Shown here: positions 13,701 through 26,063 of the stretch, piece after piece | How the letters are laid out: each line of letters starts with the position of its first letter | Numbering within the stretch: position 1 is the first letter of the stretch | Assembly (NCBI GenBank): GCA_964016885.1 | Contig: OZ024740.1 | Span: 292,826,001-292,890,000 of the forward strand | Direction: 5' to 3' | From: Eledone cirrhosa | Lineage: Eukaryota | DNA: 64,000 bases | Notes under the pieces: generated by a model | Seen by the model: only the letters and a program-made list of their open reading frames with translations | The model's database searches: none | Told to the model about the DNA's origin: nothing | Position numbers and translations under genes: made by a program

Positions 13701-15999
13701 CAGAGAAGGTTAGAAGTTTTAATTATGAGGAAGATAATTTTCTATCACAGTTTAAAAATTAGGTATACACTGTATAACCTTATTAGTTTAATTGATGTTA
13801 TTTTTGTATGGCTTAGTCAGAGGAGGAAGCGCAACGTCCATGACCTTTGCTTGTCTTCCGAGATTAGTAGAGGAAAGATGTGGGTGAAATGAGATCACCA
13901 TTCATCAGGTACAGTTCCTTCGACGGGTCTCTGAGAAATTTTTGTCTAGTGAATTTTATTCACGATTTTATTGTCAACTCAAGTATCTGGTTGGAAATAT
14001 TTTCCGTACACTGAGATTAAGCCCAGAAGCACATAGTTGAGAACCGACTTTTGTCACCTCGTGGCTATGTCTTTGCCAAGTTGATGGTTAAAAACGTATG
14101 TAATAATTAAATGAATAAATAAATCTCAGCAAGAAAGTAAAAAATATAAGGAAGGAATAGAGTAGTGTAGTTAATACGAATCATTGTGAGAGATGTAGTA
14201 AAAGACCGGTAAATTTTTTTTAAAAAGCCGGTACAATGCGGTAGAAAAATACGAAGGGGACTGATGACATCTGAAACAAAACAAAACAAAGTAATGTTTC
14301 ACCCACAGTATTTTAGCATGGCATTTGTGGGCTATTACTCTCTTTTCAGATGCGAAGCTAAAACAGTCCAAGACAAAACAAAACGAAAAGAGTGATCGGA
14401 GTTTTCTTCCCTAACTGGTCTGTGTTTGCAAATGTATGCGCATGTATGTGGTCACTGCAGTAACCATACTGTTTCGTGCATTTCTGGCCTATTATTTATC
14501 TCTGTTTTTTTTTCGGATGATCTGAAAGCAAACTAAGATTGAATAATCATTTCAAATAATCCGAAGAACTCAGATTTTAAGTTTTGTGGAATGGGATGTA
14601 AAGAGGTTCATATCTTTCTCGGGAGCATTAATTACATGATATAAATTTAACCAAAGGAGAATATATTGATAAAACCAACAATTATTCCTGTAGGAAAGGA
14701 CACAGTGGTAGTTGATTAATCCAATAATATAGCGTTGGTATTTTGTCAACACTATAACTATGAAAAGGTGGGGATTTTTTAAAAATCGTTGGCAAGTGAA
14801 ATGCCATCCCCTGCGCTATTCCTTGCTACCCTTTACGTTCTGAATTTTTTTACCAAGATTAACTTTGTATTTCATCTTTCGCCATCCATAAAATAAAGTA
14901 TTAGAGTAAAGTGATGGGTTAGTGGAATGTTTAGAGCGTGGGACAAAATTGCACTGGCGTTCTTGTTTCGGTTCATTATATTGTAAGTATTTCGGCAATT
15001 GTTGTGAACTCGTTTGTATCAAGCCGACTAGATGTTTTCTTGAAAAATACACTCAAAAGAAAGCAATGGGAAATCACCTTTTAATTTCCGAATAAAACTT
15101 CTATAGCAAGCAAACAGCACTTATCAAAGAAACCATCACAGATCGTTCGTGATCTGATATCACAAAAATCAAACCAAGCTCCAAAGAGATTTGAAAACAA
15201 AACGAAGCTAAACAATATGAAATATTTTGTTTAAAGTGCAATTGTCTTGGGCTCGGCTTCTGTCCTAAATTTTTAGTTTTTGACACAGGAAAACGTGGTA
15301 GAATGTTTTGCTCGAATGGTTGAGTCGATATATTTGACTTAGCTTGTACCTATTTGATCGAACCCTAAAGAAACAAACCTAAAGTAATGTCTACCGTAAT
15401 ACCATAAGGTATTTTGTCCAACGCTCTATCGATTATACTATCCACCCACCATAGGAATTTACTCGTGTATTTATGTATATCCAAGCCAAAGAGGGAGTAA
15501 CAGAAATAGTAGCTAATTCTTTCTTAAAGTGTACTCTACCACCCTAAAAAAAACGACATGCTGGACAATATGTTTATTGATCATAGTTCTAGTCTGCTCA
15601 ACCTGGGATCGAAAAATACTAAGATATTTATCATAGATATTTCTAAATATCTACGTGCCTTGCATGTCAATCTGTCTGCTCAATTAGCGTAGCAGTTTTG
15701 ATTCGTCGTGGTGTATTCTTTCCTTATCTTTCCCTCATATGTAATCATACTATTATAATTTCTTGAACTTATTAATCTCCTTTTAAGAGATGAAAAATGA
15801 TTTATTATTTGCACATTTGCATCTAAACCACATTTCAGTGGCTCTAATATCTGATCACTATGAAATATTTTATCTTAGAAATGTATATAGTACCTGACTA
15901 GATTCGAACTCGGGATCTTTATATCGAAGCTAGAGTAACGCACTTATTCACTTGGCGTCTGATACATGTACAATCTCTTTGTTAATACTCGTTACTCAC

Positions 16000-16208
16000 C
16001 GAACTTCAGCTGGGATATCAAGACATCCCGTTCGCTTGATTCCAATGTTTACATTGCCTTCATTTTCCATGACAGCATAAGAACTGGCCGTGAATTCAAC
16101 CACAGCCTTGTTACCATGGTCGCTTAGGTCATCGGGTGTATCACCTTTGAGACTTGCTCTCGATTCTTGCACACACTCGCGTCCGCCTTGCTGAATGCCA
16201 AGGAATAT
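16000..16208 (-). CDS. SLC8A: Upstream internal exon of the same NCX-like gene, start of Calx-beta domain (absent from the ORF track)
   Basis: 209 nt reading IFLGIQQGGRECVQESRASLKGDTPDDLSDHGNKAVVEFTASSYAVMENEGNVNIGIKRTGCLDIPAEV(R). Acceptor tttctttttag ends at 16209, donor gtgagt starts at 15999. F...SY.V.EN.G.V...I.R.G is the Calx-beta N-terminal motif. Terminal cg plus the next exon's first g gives Arg. Confidence 0.85.
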
Positions 16209-16399
16209 CTAAAAAGAAATAAAGGAGGATATTAAAAGAGTCTATAAGGAATATAAAAAACACACACATGAAAATTATTAATAGAAGCATATGGTGATAT
16301 TAAAATATCGATATGAAACTATTACTTATATTAGGGTAGGAAATGAGAAAAAATACAAAATGAGAGAAAAATAATTCAACGAATAGAAGAGATGGGAAA

Positions 16400-16655
16400 G
16401 GGGAGGAAGGGAGGGGGTGGAGAGAAAGGGAGAAATGTAAAAGTAATAAAAGAAATAAAGAGAAAAAGAAAGCATTAAGGCGATATTTAGAAAAATAATA
16501 TAAGAATTTTTTTAAGAATCAGAAAGAAAGAATGGAAGAAAGATAAATACGGAAAGAGAAGAAAGGACGAAAAAAGAATGAAATAATTAGAGGAAGAAAA
16601 AAGAAAAGAGAAAAATAAAGGAAGAAATAAAGGAAGACAGAAAGAAAGAAAGAAA

Positions 16656-16711
<56 letters not shown>

Positions 16712-16868
16712 GAGAGAGAGAGAGAGAGGAAGAGAAAATGGAAAGAAAGGCAGGGAGAAGAAAGGGAAGAAAGAAGGGTAGAATCATAAGAAGATATGAA
16801 GAAAGAAAAATAGAAGGAGAGGAGAAAGAGAAGAAAGAAAGGTTGAAACATAAGGATGAAAGATATAC

Positions 16869-16923
<55 letters not shown>

Positions 16924-17090
16924 GAGTAAGGCAGAGAAAAAGGCAGAGAGAAGAAAGGGAAGACAGAAAGAAGAATCATAAGAAGAAAAATAGAAAGAAA
17001 GAAAGAGAGAAAGAAAAAAAGCAAGAAAAGAAAGGCAGAGAGAAGAAAGAGAAGAAAGGAAGGTTGAAAGATTAGAAGATAGAAAGATGC

Positions 17091-17155
<65 letters not shown>

Positions 17156-17240
17156 GAGAAAGAAAGAATTTGAGGAAGAAAAAAGGGAAGTAAGAAAAGT
17201 AGAAACAAAGGAATGGACAAAAGAGAAATGTAAATTTGAA
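16400..17240. repeat. Polypurine tract with (GA)n and (GAAA)n
   Basis: Direct inspection. Forms a long pyrimidine tract on the pre-mRNA strand upstream of the 16208 acceptor. Confidence 0.9.
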
Positions 17241-17290
17241 ACAATAGATTGGGAAAGAGTGTAAAAGAAATGTAGGTATTTAGACAGAAA

Positions 17291-18960
17291 TAGAAAATGG
17301 TGGTATAGAATATTTAGGTGTTTAGATGTATGATAGACAATAGAAAATGGTGGTATAGAATATTTAGGCGTTTAGATGTATGATAGACAATAGAAAATGG
17401 TGGTATAGAATATTTAGCTGTTTAGATGTATGATAGACAATAGAAAATGGTGGTATAGAATATTTAGGTGCTTAGATGTATGATAGACAATAGAAAATGG
17501 TGGTATAGAATATTTAGGTATTTAGATGTATGATAGACAATAGAAAATGGTGGTATAGAATATTTAGGTGTTTAGATGTATGATAGACAATAGAAAATGG
17601 TGGTATAGAATATGTAGGTGTTTAGATGTATGACAGACAATAGAAAATGGTGGTATAGAATATGTAGGTGTTTAGATGTATGATAGACAATAGAAAATGG
17701 TGGTATAGAATATTTAGGTGTTTAGATGTATGATAGACAATAGAAAATGGTGGTATAGAATATTTAGGTGTTTAGATGTATGATAGACAATAGAAAATGG
17801 TGATATACAATAATTAGGTGTTTAGATGTATGATAGACAATAGAAAATGGTGGTGTGGAATATTTAGGTGTTTAGATGTATGATAGACAATAGAAAATGG
17901 AGGTATGGAATATTTAGGTGTTTAGATGTATGATAGACAATAGAAAATGGAGGTATAGAATATTTAGGCGTTTATATGTATGATAGACAATAGAAAATGG
18001 TGGTATAGAATATGTAGGTGTTTAGATGTATGATAGACAATATAAAATGGCGGTATAGAATATTTAGATGTTTAGATGTATGATAGACAATAGAAAATGG
18101 TGGTATAGAATATTTAGGTGTTTAGATGTATGATAGACAATAGAAAATGGTGATATACAATAATTAGGTGTTTAGATGTATGATAGACAATAGAAAATGG
18201 TGGTATGGAATATTTAGGTGTTTAGATGTATGATAGACAATAGAAAATGGAGGTATGGAATATTTAGGTGTTTAGATGTATGATAGACAATAGAAAATGG
18301 AGGTATGGAATAGTTAGGTGTTTAGATGTATGATAGACAATATAAATGGAGGTATGGAATAGTTAGGTGTTCAGATGTATGATAGACAATATAAATGGAG
18401 GTATGGAATAGTTAGGTGTTCAGATGTATGATAGACAATATAAAATGGAGGTATGGAATAGTTAGGTGTTCAGATGTTTGATAGACAATATAAATGGAGG
18501 TATGGAATAGTTAGGTGTTCAGATGTATGATAGACAATATAAATGGAGGTATGGAATAGTTAGGTGTTCAGATGTATGATAGACAATATAAATGGAGGTA
18601 TGGAATAGTTAGGTGTTTAGATGTATGATAGACAATAGAAAATGGAGGTATGGAATAGTTAGGTGTTTATATGTATGATAGACAATATAAATGGAGGTAT
18701 GGAATAGTTAGGTGTTCAGATGTATGATAGACAATATACAATGGAGGTATGGAGTAGTTAGGTGTTCAGATGTTTGATAGACAATATAAAATTGAGGTAT
18801 GGAATAGTTAGGTGTTCAGATGTATGATAGGCAATAGAAAATGGATGTATGTAATAGTTAGGTGTTCAGATGTATGATAACCAATAGAAAATGGAGGTAT
18901 GGAATAGTTAGGTGTTCAGATGTATGATAGGCAATAGAAAATGGTGGTATGGAATATTTA
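17291..18960. repeat. 49-50-bp minisatellite, about 33 copies
   Basis: Unit tagaaaatggtggtatagaatatttaggtgtttagatgtatgatagacaa. Confidence 0.97.
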
Positions 18961-19199
18961 ATTGCACCGGTTGGAATGATATTTAATATATCTTGGTCAA
19001 TGGTTATTGAGTGTAGAATTTACAGTATTTCTCTCCCCTTCACTTCTTTTGTTTGTTATCGGCGCTTCTACCAATCTATAATGTCCTCCAGCTTTTCACT
19101 CTAATGATACCCGCAAAAAGCAAGAATCAGCCCCCTTTATTTAGTCTAGCGAACTCTCCTTTGTGCATACTCGGAGCATATAACTATACACATAATAAT

Positions 19200-19305
19200 T
19201 GTTTCTACGTTTGACACAAGGTCAGCAATTATCCAGTGCATTACTGGTACTTTATTTTATCGACCCTGTAAGGATGAAAGGCAAAGATAAACTCGGCGGG
19301 ATTTG
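19200..19305 (-). mobile_element. 5'-truncated Meta-like SINE with 18-bp TSD
   Basis: aactatacacataataat at 19182-19199 and 19306-19323. Confidence 0.8.
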
Positions 19306-19339
19306 AACTATACACATAATAATAATACAGACAAAATAC

Positions 19340-20200
19340 AAATTCTTGTTATTAAGAAGAATACGAAAATTTGATATTTCGGACATGCAAATAGTTTATA
19401 TATAAAAAAGATATACAAAGAATTGATACTTTGACTATATCAGACAATATACACACTGTTCGTATTTTAGCCTACATCAGAAATATACAAAGAATTGATA
19501 TTTTAGACAAAGTCCGGCATTATACAAACAGTTGATACTTCAGACAACATCAGACATTATACAAAGAATTGATACTTTAGATAACATCAGACAATATACA
19601 AACACACTTGATCTTTCTGACAATATCAGACAATACAAACACACTTGATCTTTCAGACAATATCAGACAATACAAACACACTTGATCTTTCTGACAATAT
19701 CAGACCATAGACACATTGTTCATATTTTAGACAACACCAGACAATACACAAACACACTTGATCTTTCAGACGACAGTAGACAATATACAAAAAAATTATA
19801 TTTCAGACAACATCAGACAATATATAAACAGTTGATATTTCAGACATCAGACAATATACAAAGAAATTATATTCCAGACAATATATAAACACACTTGATA
19901 TTTCAGACAACATCAGAGTTGATATAACAAAAAAAGTTGATATTAACATGAGACTATATACAAATAGTTGCTACATACAAAGAGTTAGATATTATGGTCA
20001 AAATATAAACCAGATATTTCTCATCAATAGTTCATATATTGCTTATTTCAGACGATACATAAACTGCTAAATATATGAACAGTTGATAATATGAATAAAT
20101 TGATATTTCAAGCAATATGCTAACTCTCATTATAATGACAATATATGAGCTGTTGATATTTTACAAACTATATAAGTTGTTGATATTAGAAACAAAATAC
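19340..20200. repeat. Degenerate ~33-38-bp tandem repeat
   Basis: Recurrent agacaatatacaaacacacttgatctttc-like units. Confidence 0.75.
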
Positions 20201-20893
20201 AAAATGTGAATATTTTACATTTCAAATTACATATGAAGTGTTGAGATTTTTGTCGAGGATAATGATAATGATGGCATTGCTTGGTTATTGAAATATAGCT
20301 TCAGTTCTTTCTTTAAACCTACTCTCACATTCAAGCCATTAACACAATATAAATTTAAGCATCGGCATTCCTATGTTTAAGCTCCCGTGTTTTCCTACCT
20401 CACTACTCCGCCTTGTTGAAAGGTTGTGTCGAAATGCTGCTATATTGTCATTTTAGTACATGGGACTACAGTCTCACCAACATTCTCTTTTTCATTTCGC
20501 CTTCAGCGTATACTTTCTCTTGATGGGCTGAGTTTCTATCTCTTTTTTTCCATCTCCAAGTGCTTATATGCCAAAATTGTTAAACTATTTTTCATAGTCA
20601 AAAACGTACGTTGAAGCTGCTAACTTTACTTAGCATAAATTGAAAATCTCTGTTTGCGTTTGCCCAAACCCTGTTATCTTATATAATTCTGCAATTTTAT
20701 ATATATTTATACTTTATACATATATATATATATATATATGATAACAAGGCTATCTTAGCACATTTAACGCCTGATGAAATCGCCTCGGTGTTACATCATA
20801 TTCGGATGATGAAACTGGGCAATTGAAATATGTTTTCGCGGAATTAAAAGTATAAAGTTTCTAGTCCGGCCTTCTTTTATTGTTTTTAATGAG

Positions 20894-21082
<189 letters not shown>

Positions 21083-21402
21083 TGACACACACACACATGT
21101 ATATATATATATTCGTGCAGAGAAAAGGGACTTTCTATACAAAAGATAATATGTACACAGTCAAATACACCACATCCTCATAAAAAATATTACATGTCTG
21201 TATGTTTACACCGGGATGTTTACATGTACATATTGATAAATCTATACAACATAGAACGCTGTGCTTATGTAATCATCGAAATATACTTTACTACTTTCTA
21301 AAGAAGAGTATATCACAATTCACAAATATCTGTCATTGTCACCGGATCTCCTCAGTCGACGCCTGTAACAAAAGCAAACAATAACAAACAACAAAAACAA
21401 GT

Positions 21403-21442
<40 letters not shown>

Positions 21443-21446
<4 letters not shown>

Positions 21447-21615
21447 TTGAGATGGAGGGTCTGTGGTTTTTCTTACATCAGATGTGAGAAAAACCACAGA
21501 CCCTCCATCTCAACTCTACTTTTGAAAAGCAGAACTGCGAAACCGGTAAAGGAACCAAATAAATATATATATTTTAAAAAAAATAGGACTCCAGTTGCAT
21601 TTTCGATTTCATCTT

Positions 21616-21617
<2 letters not shown>
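21443..21617 (+). mobile_element. Fold-back element with downstream hammerhead motif, flanked by (TA)n(GA)n and (CT)n(TA)n
   Basis: 37-bp arms 21443-21479 / 21481-21517 with one mismatch and a 1-nt loop, followed by a tail with a hammerhead and AATAAA. Confidence 0.7.
21519..21551 (+). ncRNA. Minimal type I hammerhead, U3-A8 core variant
   Basis: ctt-TTGAAAA-gcagaactgc-GAAA-ccgg-TA-aag. Palindromic stem III ACCGGT. Confidence 0.6.
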
Positions 21618-21674
<57 letters not shown>

Positions 21675-22884
21675 TTATATATATAATAGAATATCTGATA
21701 ACACTCATTTTTAGTGATGGGTTGCCAGTGTCAACCCATCAGCAAAAATCAACAAATGATTGAATGAGTTTTTCATTTCTTCACATCTATTTTCAACAGA
21801 TTATTCTGGTAGACAAATAACTTTGATTGCAAAGAGAGTATATTTGCTGTGTAGGAATTTCCAGTCGACTTACTATTGTTATCTTAATCATGTTTTTTTT
21901 TATTGAAAACTAATACTTGTTTTTTCCCCCACAATATAGCGAAGAGAATTACTGAAATAGTAGACGACCGGTTAATATGGGAATAGGGATGACCGTGTTG
22001 TCAAGAACTTTGCTTTTCAGCCACGGAGTTCTGGTTTCGATCCCATTGCTTGGCACCTTGATCAAGCATATTTTACTATAGCCTTAGATCGCTATAGTGA
22101 GTGAACAGGTATAAAGTGTTTTGGAGCCTATCAATGAAGTGTACATAGATATAATTGGCTGACTTATTTTGTCACTCATTTGAACATCATCGCCTCGCCC
22201 TTGCACACATTTATACGTGTTCCTTGGCTTCTCTCACGAATCGTAGAGATACTGCATATTTAAGAGCGCTACTCTTTATTCTTTAATGAAGTTTTAAATG
22301 CCTTGATGTATCTAACAATGTCCTGTTTCGCATTGGGTATAAATCCCGCTGTGTCTACATTGTATTCCATCCATTCGCGTTCGATGAAATTAACCCAACT
22401 AATACATTAGATTTCCGCTAAGCTTGTTGTTTTCTGCTAAAAAAAAAAAATTTAAAAAAATGGGTATTTATAAAGAGAGGGAAAGGAGGTTAAGTGAAAG
22501 ACTGCCCGTACATGCCGCGTTTCTTGTGCAGTTTTGTTGTTATTTGAAAACCTTTTCATATATAATGCTCCAGCAATAATTATACCAAATCCTTTTTACA
22601 TTTTGTCTCATGGAACGTACCAATCCAACTTTTTGTAATTGTATTCAAGAATCATATCTCTATAACAATTTGTTTTACAACACCCAGCTCTCCCTTCAAA
22701 ATATGCTCTAATTTTCTCCCTCTTGATCAATACACCGTGTGCGTATATATATATTTATATACATGTTTTATATATATGTATATATATATATATATACATA
22801 TATAAATATACATACACGCACATACACACATATATATATATATATATATATACATATGCATATATATGTGTGTGTGTTTGCATA

Positions 22885-22960
<76 letters not shown>

Positions 22961-23133
22961 TATATATATATACATATATATTTATATATATATATATACT
23001 TTGTATATATATACATATATATATGCTTTATATATATATATACCTATATATATACATGTATATGTATGTATATATATATATACATATATATATATATAAA
23101 TATATATATACATATATATGTATATATATTTAC

Positions 23134-23167
<34 letters not shown>

Positions 23168-23764
23168 GGTGGCTGCCAACTCGTTTTCGAGTACGGCCAC
23201 TACTTTATATCCATGTAGGAGAACCCCTACCGATGCGCTGAACGAGTGTGACTTTTTAGTCCAGCCAGCGGTACAAACACTATACTTGTGACAATTATTG
23301 ACACATAGTGCTGGGCCCATGGTACCATGGTGACGACAAGTGCAGAGAAATCTCCAGATATAAAGCAATGCCTGTGCCGTGAAGCTTTTACAGTGAGCAA
23401 AGGCACTGCACAAAGCCAGTCCCACTCTCTTAACCAAGATGATATTTACCAAAAAGAAGAACAAATCAACTTCATTGGATACCATCAGAGTTGCAGGTGT
23501 TATATCAGAGTTTTCCTTCTCCTAGAATTCTGCCTTGACAAAAGCTAAGGGGTCATTTCTCCCGGTGATTTTGGATGGCGATTGACTCTTAAGAGCTCCT
23601 TTGCCCTTTGACAGGTTTTGTTTTTAGTCCTGCAGGATGTCCAAAGTCACCCTCCTCACCAAGTAAACCTTGGTGGGGTTTGCCAGTTTAGTCGCCAACG
23701 ACCCGACCATGAGACAGGTTGTACCGGGATAAATGTTACCAGTAGCACCAACTGGAGACCTGAC
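23168..23764 (-). mobile_element. Non-autonomous RTE-derived element (5' UTR-like part joined to 3' end)
   Basis: Minus strand carries tctaggagaaggaaaactctgat (RTE 5' UTR motif) and ends ggcagccacc then (AT)n. No ORF. Confidence 0.55.
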
Positions 23765-23847
23765 ATACCTATATATATACATACATATATATATACATGC
23801 ATACATATATATATATATATACTTACATATATATATACATACATACA

Positions 23848-23910
<63 letters not shown>

Positions 23911-23993
23911 ACATACATACATATATATATATATACATACATATATATATACATACATATATATTTATATACATACATATATATATACATACA

Positions 23994-24027
<34 letters not shown>

Positions 24028-24068
24028 CATACATATACATATATACATATATATATATATACATATAT

Positions 24069-24133
<65 letters not shown>

Positions 24134-24189
24134 ATATATATATATATATATACACACATACATATATATATATATACATACATATATAT

Positions 24190-24490
24190 GGTGGCTGCCA
24201 ACTCGTTTTCGAGTACGGCCACTACTTTATATCCGTGTAGGAGAACCACTACCGATGCGCTGAACGAGTGTGACTTTTTAGTCCAGCCAGCGACTTGAAA
24301 ACTCTGGTACAAACACTACACTTGTGACAATTATTGACACATAGTACTTTGCCTTTGGTACCATGTGACGACAAGTGCAGAGAGATCTCCAGATATAAAG
24401 CAATGCATGTGCCTTGAAGCTTTTATAGTGAGCAAAGGCACTGCACAAAGCCAGTCCCACTCTCTTAACCAAGATGATATTTACCAAAAA
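24190..24490 (-). mobile_element. 5'-truncated second copy of the 23168 element
   Basis: Closely matches 23168-23455 with small indels. Confidence 0.7.
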
Positions 24491-24530
24491 CATACAGACA
24501 TATACAGACATATATAAATATACATACACG

Positions 24531-24626
<96 letters not shown>

Positions 24627-24691
24627 TACATATATATATATATACATATGTATGTATATGTGTGTGTTTGTAAATATATATATAGTGAGAG

Positions 24692-25077
24692 AGAATTCAC
24701 AAGAATCAAAGCTATGTTCAAAGCATTTATTCACTTACAATTTTTTCATCCAAACCTAGGCTTGGAGTCTTCGGAGCATTTTTCAATGTTTGTACACATA
24801 ATTGACCCCCTTATGTGTACAAACATCGAAAAATGCTCCGAAGACTCGAAGCCTAGGTTTAGAGGAAAAAATTGTAAGTGAATAAATGCTTTGAACATAG
24901 CTTTGATTCTTGTGAATTCTATATAACTGCTCTCTAGAACAACTGATGTTATTACATTGAGCTATTTATCTTACTGGTAATAAGGTAGTAATAAATTACT
25001 GACGTACACTGTTTAGGGTTTAAAATATACATAACTATTAACACTTTTAATATATACATAACCATAAATAGTATCCC

Positions 25078-25080
<3 letters not shown>
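24692..25080 (+). mobile_element. Fold-back element in (TA)n with degenerate hammerhead
   Basis: ~110-bp arms 24692-24801 / 24811-24920 and ~160-nt tail. tgct-CCGAAGA-ctc..gag-GAAA-aaattg-TA-agtg at 24834-24880, then AATAAA. Confidence 0.7.
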
Positions 25081-25157
<77 letters not shown>

Positions 25158-25161
<4 letters not shown>

Positions 25162-26016
25162 ATTTATGTATCGAGAGATAGAAAAAAAGGGGAGGATAGG
25201 TGATACATATAGTTATTTGCTAAGTAGCGCATGCCAAAGGTGCTCGATACTAGTGCCGGCAGTATTAAACATTCGAAGTATTAATATTTAGTGGGCTAGA
25301 GAGTTAGCAGAGCGTAAGCACGTGGAAAAGTAAGAAATCGGAGAATAGACCGTTAAAACATGTTTATTTAAAACAGCACCTACGTACGTTTCGCCCAGTT
25401 GGGCTTCTCAAGGGCATAAATAACCAAAAGTGTTCCTTACATTGCTCGTAAAGAGTTTTTGGGGTTAAATTCACGTCAAGGTTCATTGCTCGCAAAAATA
25501 GCGTGTTTTGATTTTGCAGCAGATCAAGGGAGGTAACTCTGGCCGGTGTTAGGGCAGTCTTTCCCGGACAAATTTTTATCCGTTACAAGATGAGGTTACA
25601 ACCTTACCATTGTCGATACGCATAGGGTCATGTAACCAACGACCTAGACAAACGACCCAGACAAACAGGTGCGGCTAACAAACATCTCAAAATAAGCGTT
25701 GGTTACATGACCCTGTGCGTATTGACAATGGTAAGGTTGTAACCTCATCTTGTAACGGATAAAAATTTGTCCGGGAAAGACTGTCCTAACACCGGCCAGA
25801 GTTACCTCCCTTGGCCTGCTACAAAAGCAAAACACGCTATTTTTGCGAGCAATGAACCTTGACGTGAATTTAACCCGCAAAACTCTTTCCGAGCAATGTA
25901 AGGAACACTTTTGGTTATTTATGCCCTTGAGAAGCCCAACTGGGCGAAACGTACGTAGGTGCCGTTTTAAATAAACATGTTTTAACGGTCTATTCTCCGA
26001 TTTCTTACTTTTCCAC

Positions 26017-26018
<2 letters not shown>
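25158..26018 (-). mobile_element. Large fold-back element in (TA)n with a hammerhead in each arm
   Basis: 322-bp arms 25320-25641 / 25697-26018, 55-nt spacer, unique tail 25158-25319. Confidence 0.8.
25914..25974 (+). ncRNA. Minimal type I hammerhead, U3-A8 core variant (mirror copy on minus strand at 25364-25424)
   Basis: gccc-TTGAGAA-gcccaactgggc-GAAA-cgtacg-TA-ggtgc. Palindromic stem III ACGTACGT. Distal pairing ttattta/taaataa. Confidence 0.65.

Positions 26019-26063
<45 letters not shown>

Noticed and set aside
16519-17244. 241-aa hydrophobic ORF (and poly-Val ORF 1712..2074) resembling membrane proteins
   Set aside because: Products of (GAAA)n/(GA)n and (GGT)n low-complexity tracts.
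17291-18960. Second CRISPR-like array
   Set aside because: Plain tandem repeat without spacers.
20765-20842. Hammerhead-like CTGATGA...GAAATATGTT with long stem II
   Set aside because: Stem I cannot close next to the cleavage site. Counted only as a decayed relic.
22723-24734. Long ORFs rich in YI/HT/CV/MY, also at 4884-5333, 6822-7527, 8277-8642, 20791-21149 and 34184-36378
   Set aside because: Translations of (TA)n, (CA)n and (CATA)n microsatellites.
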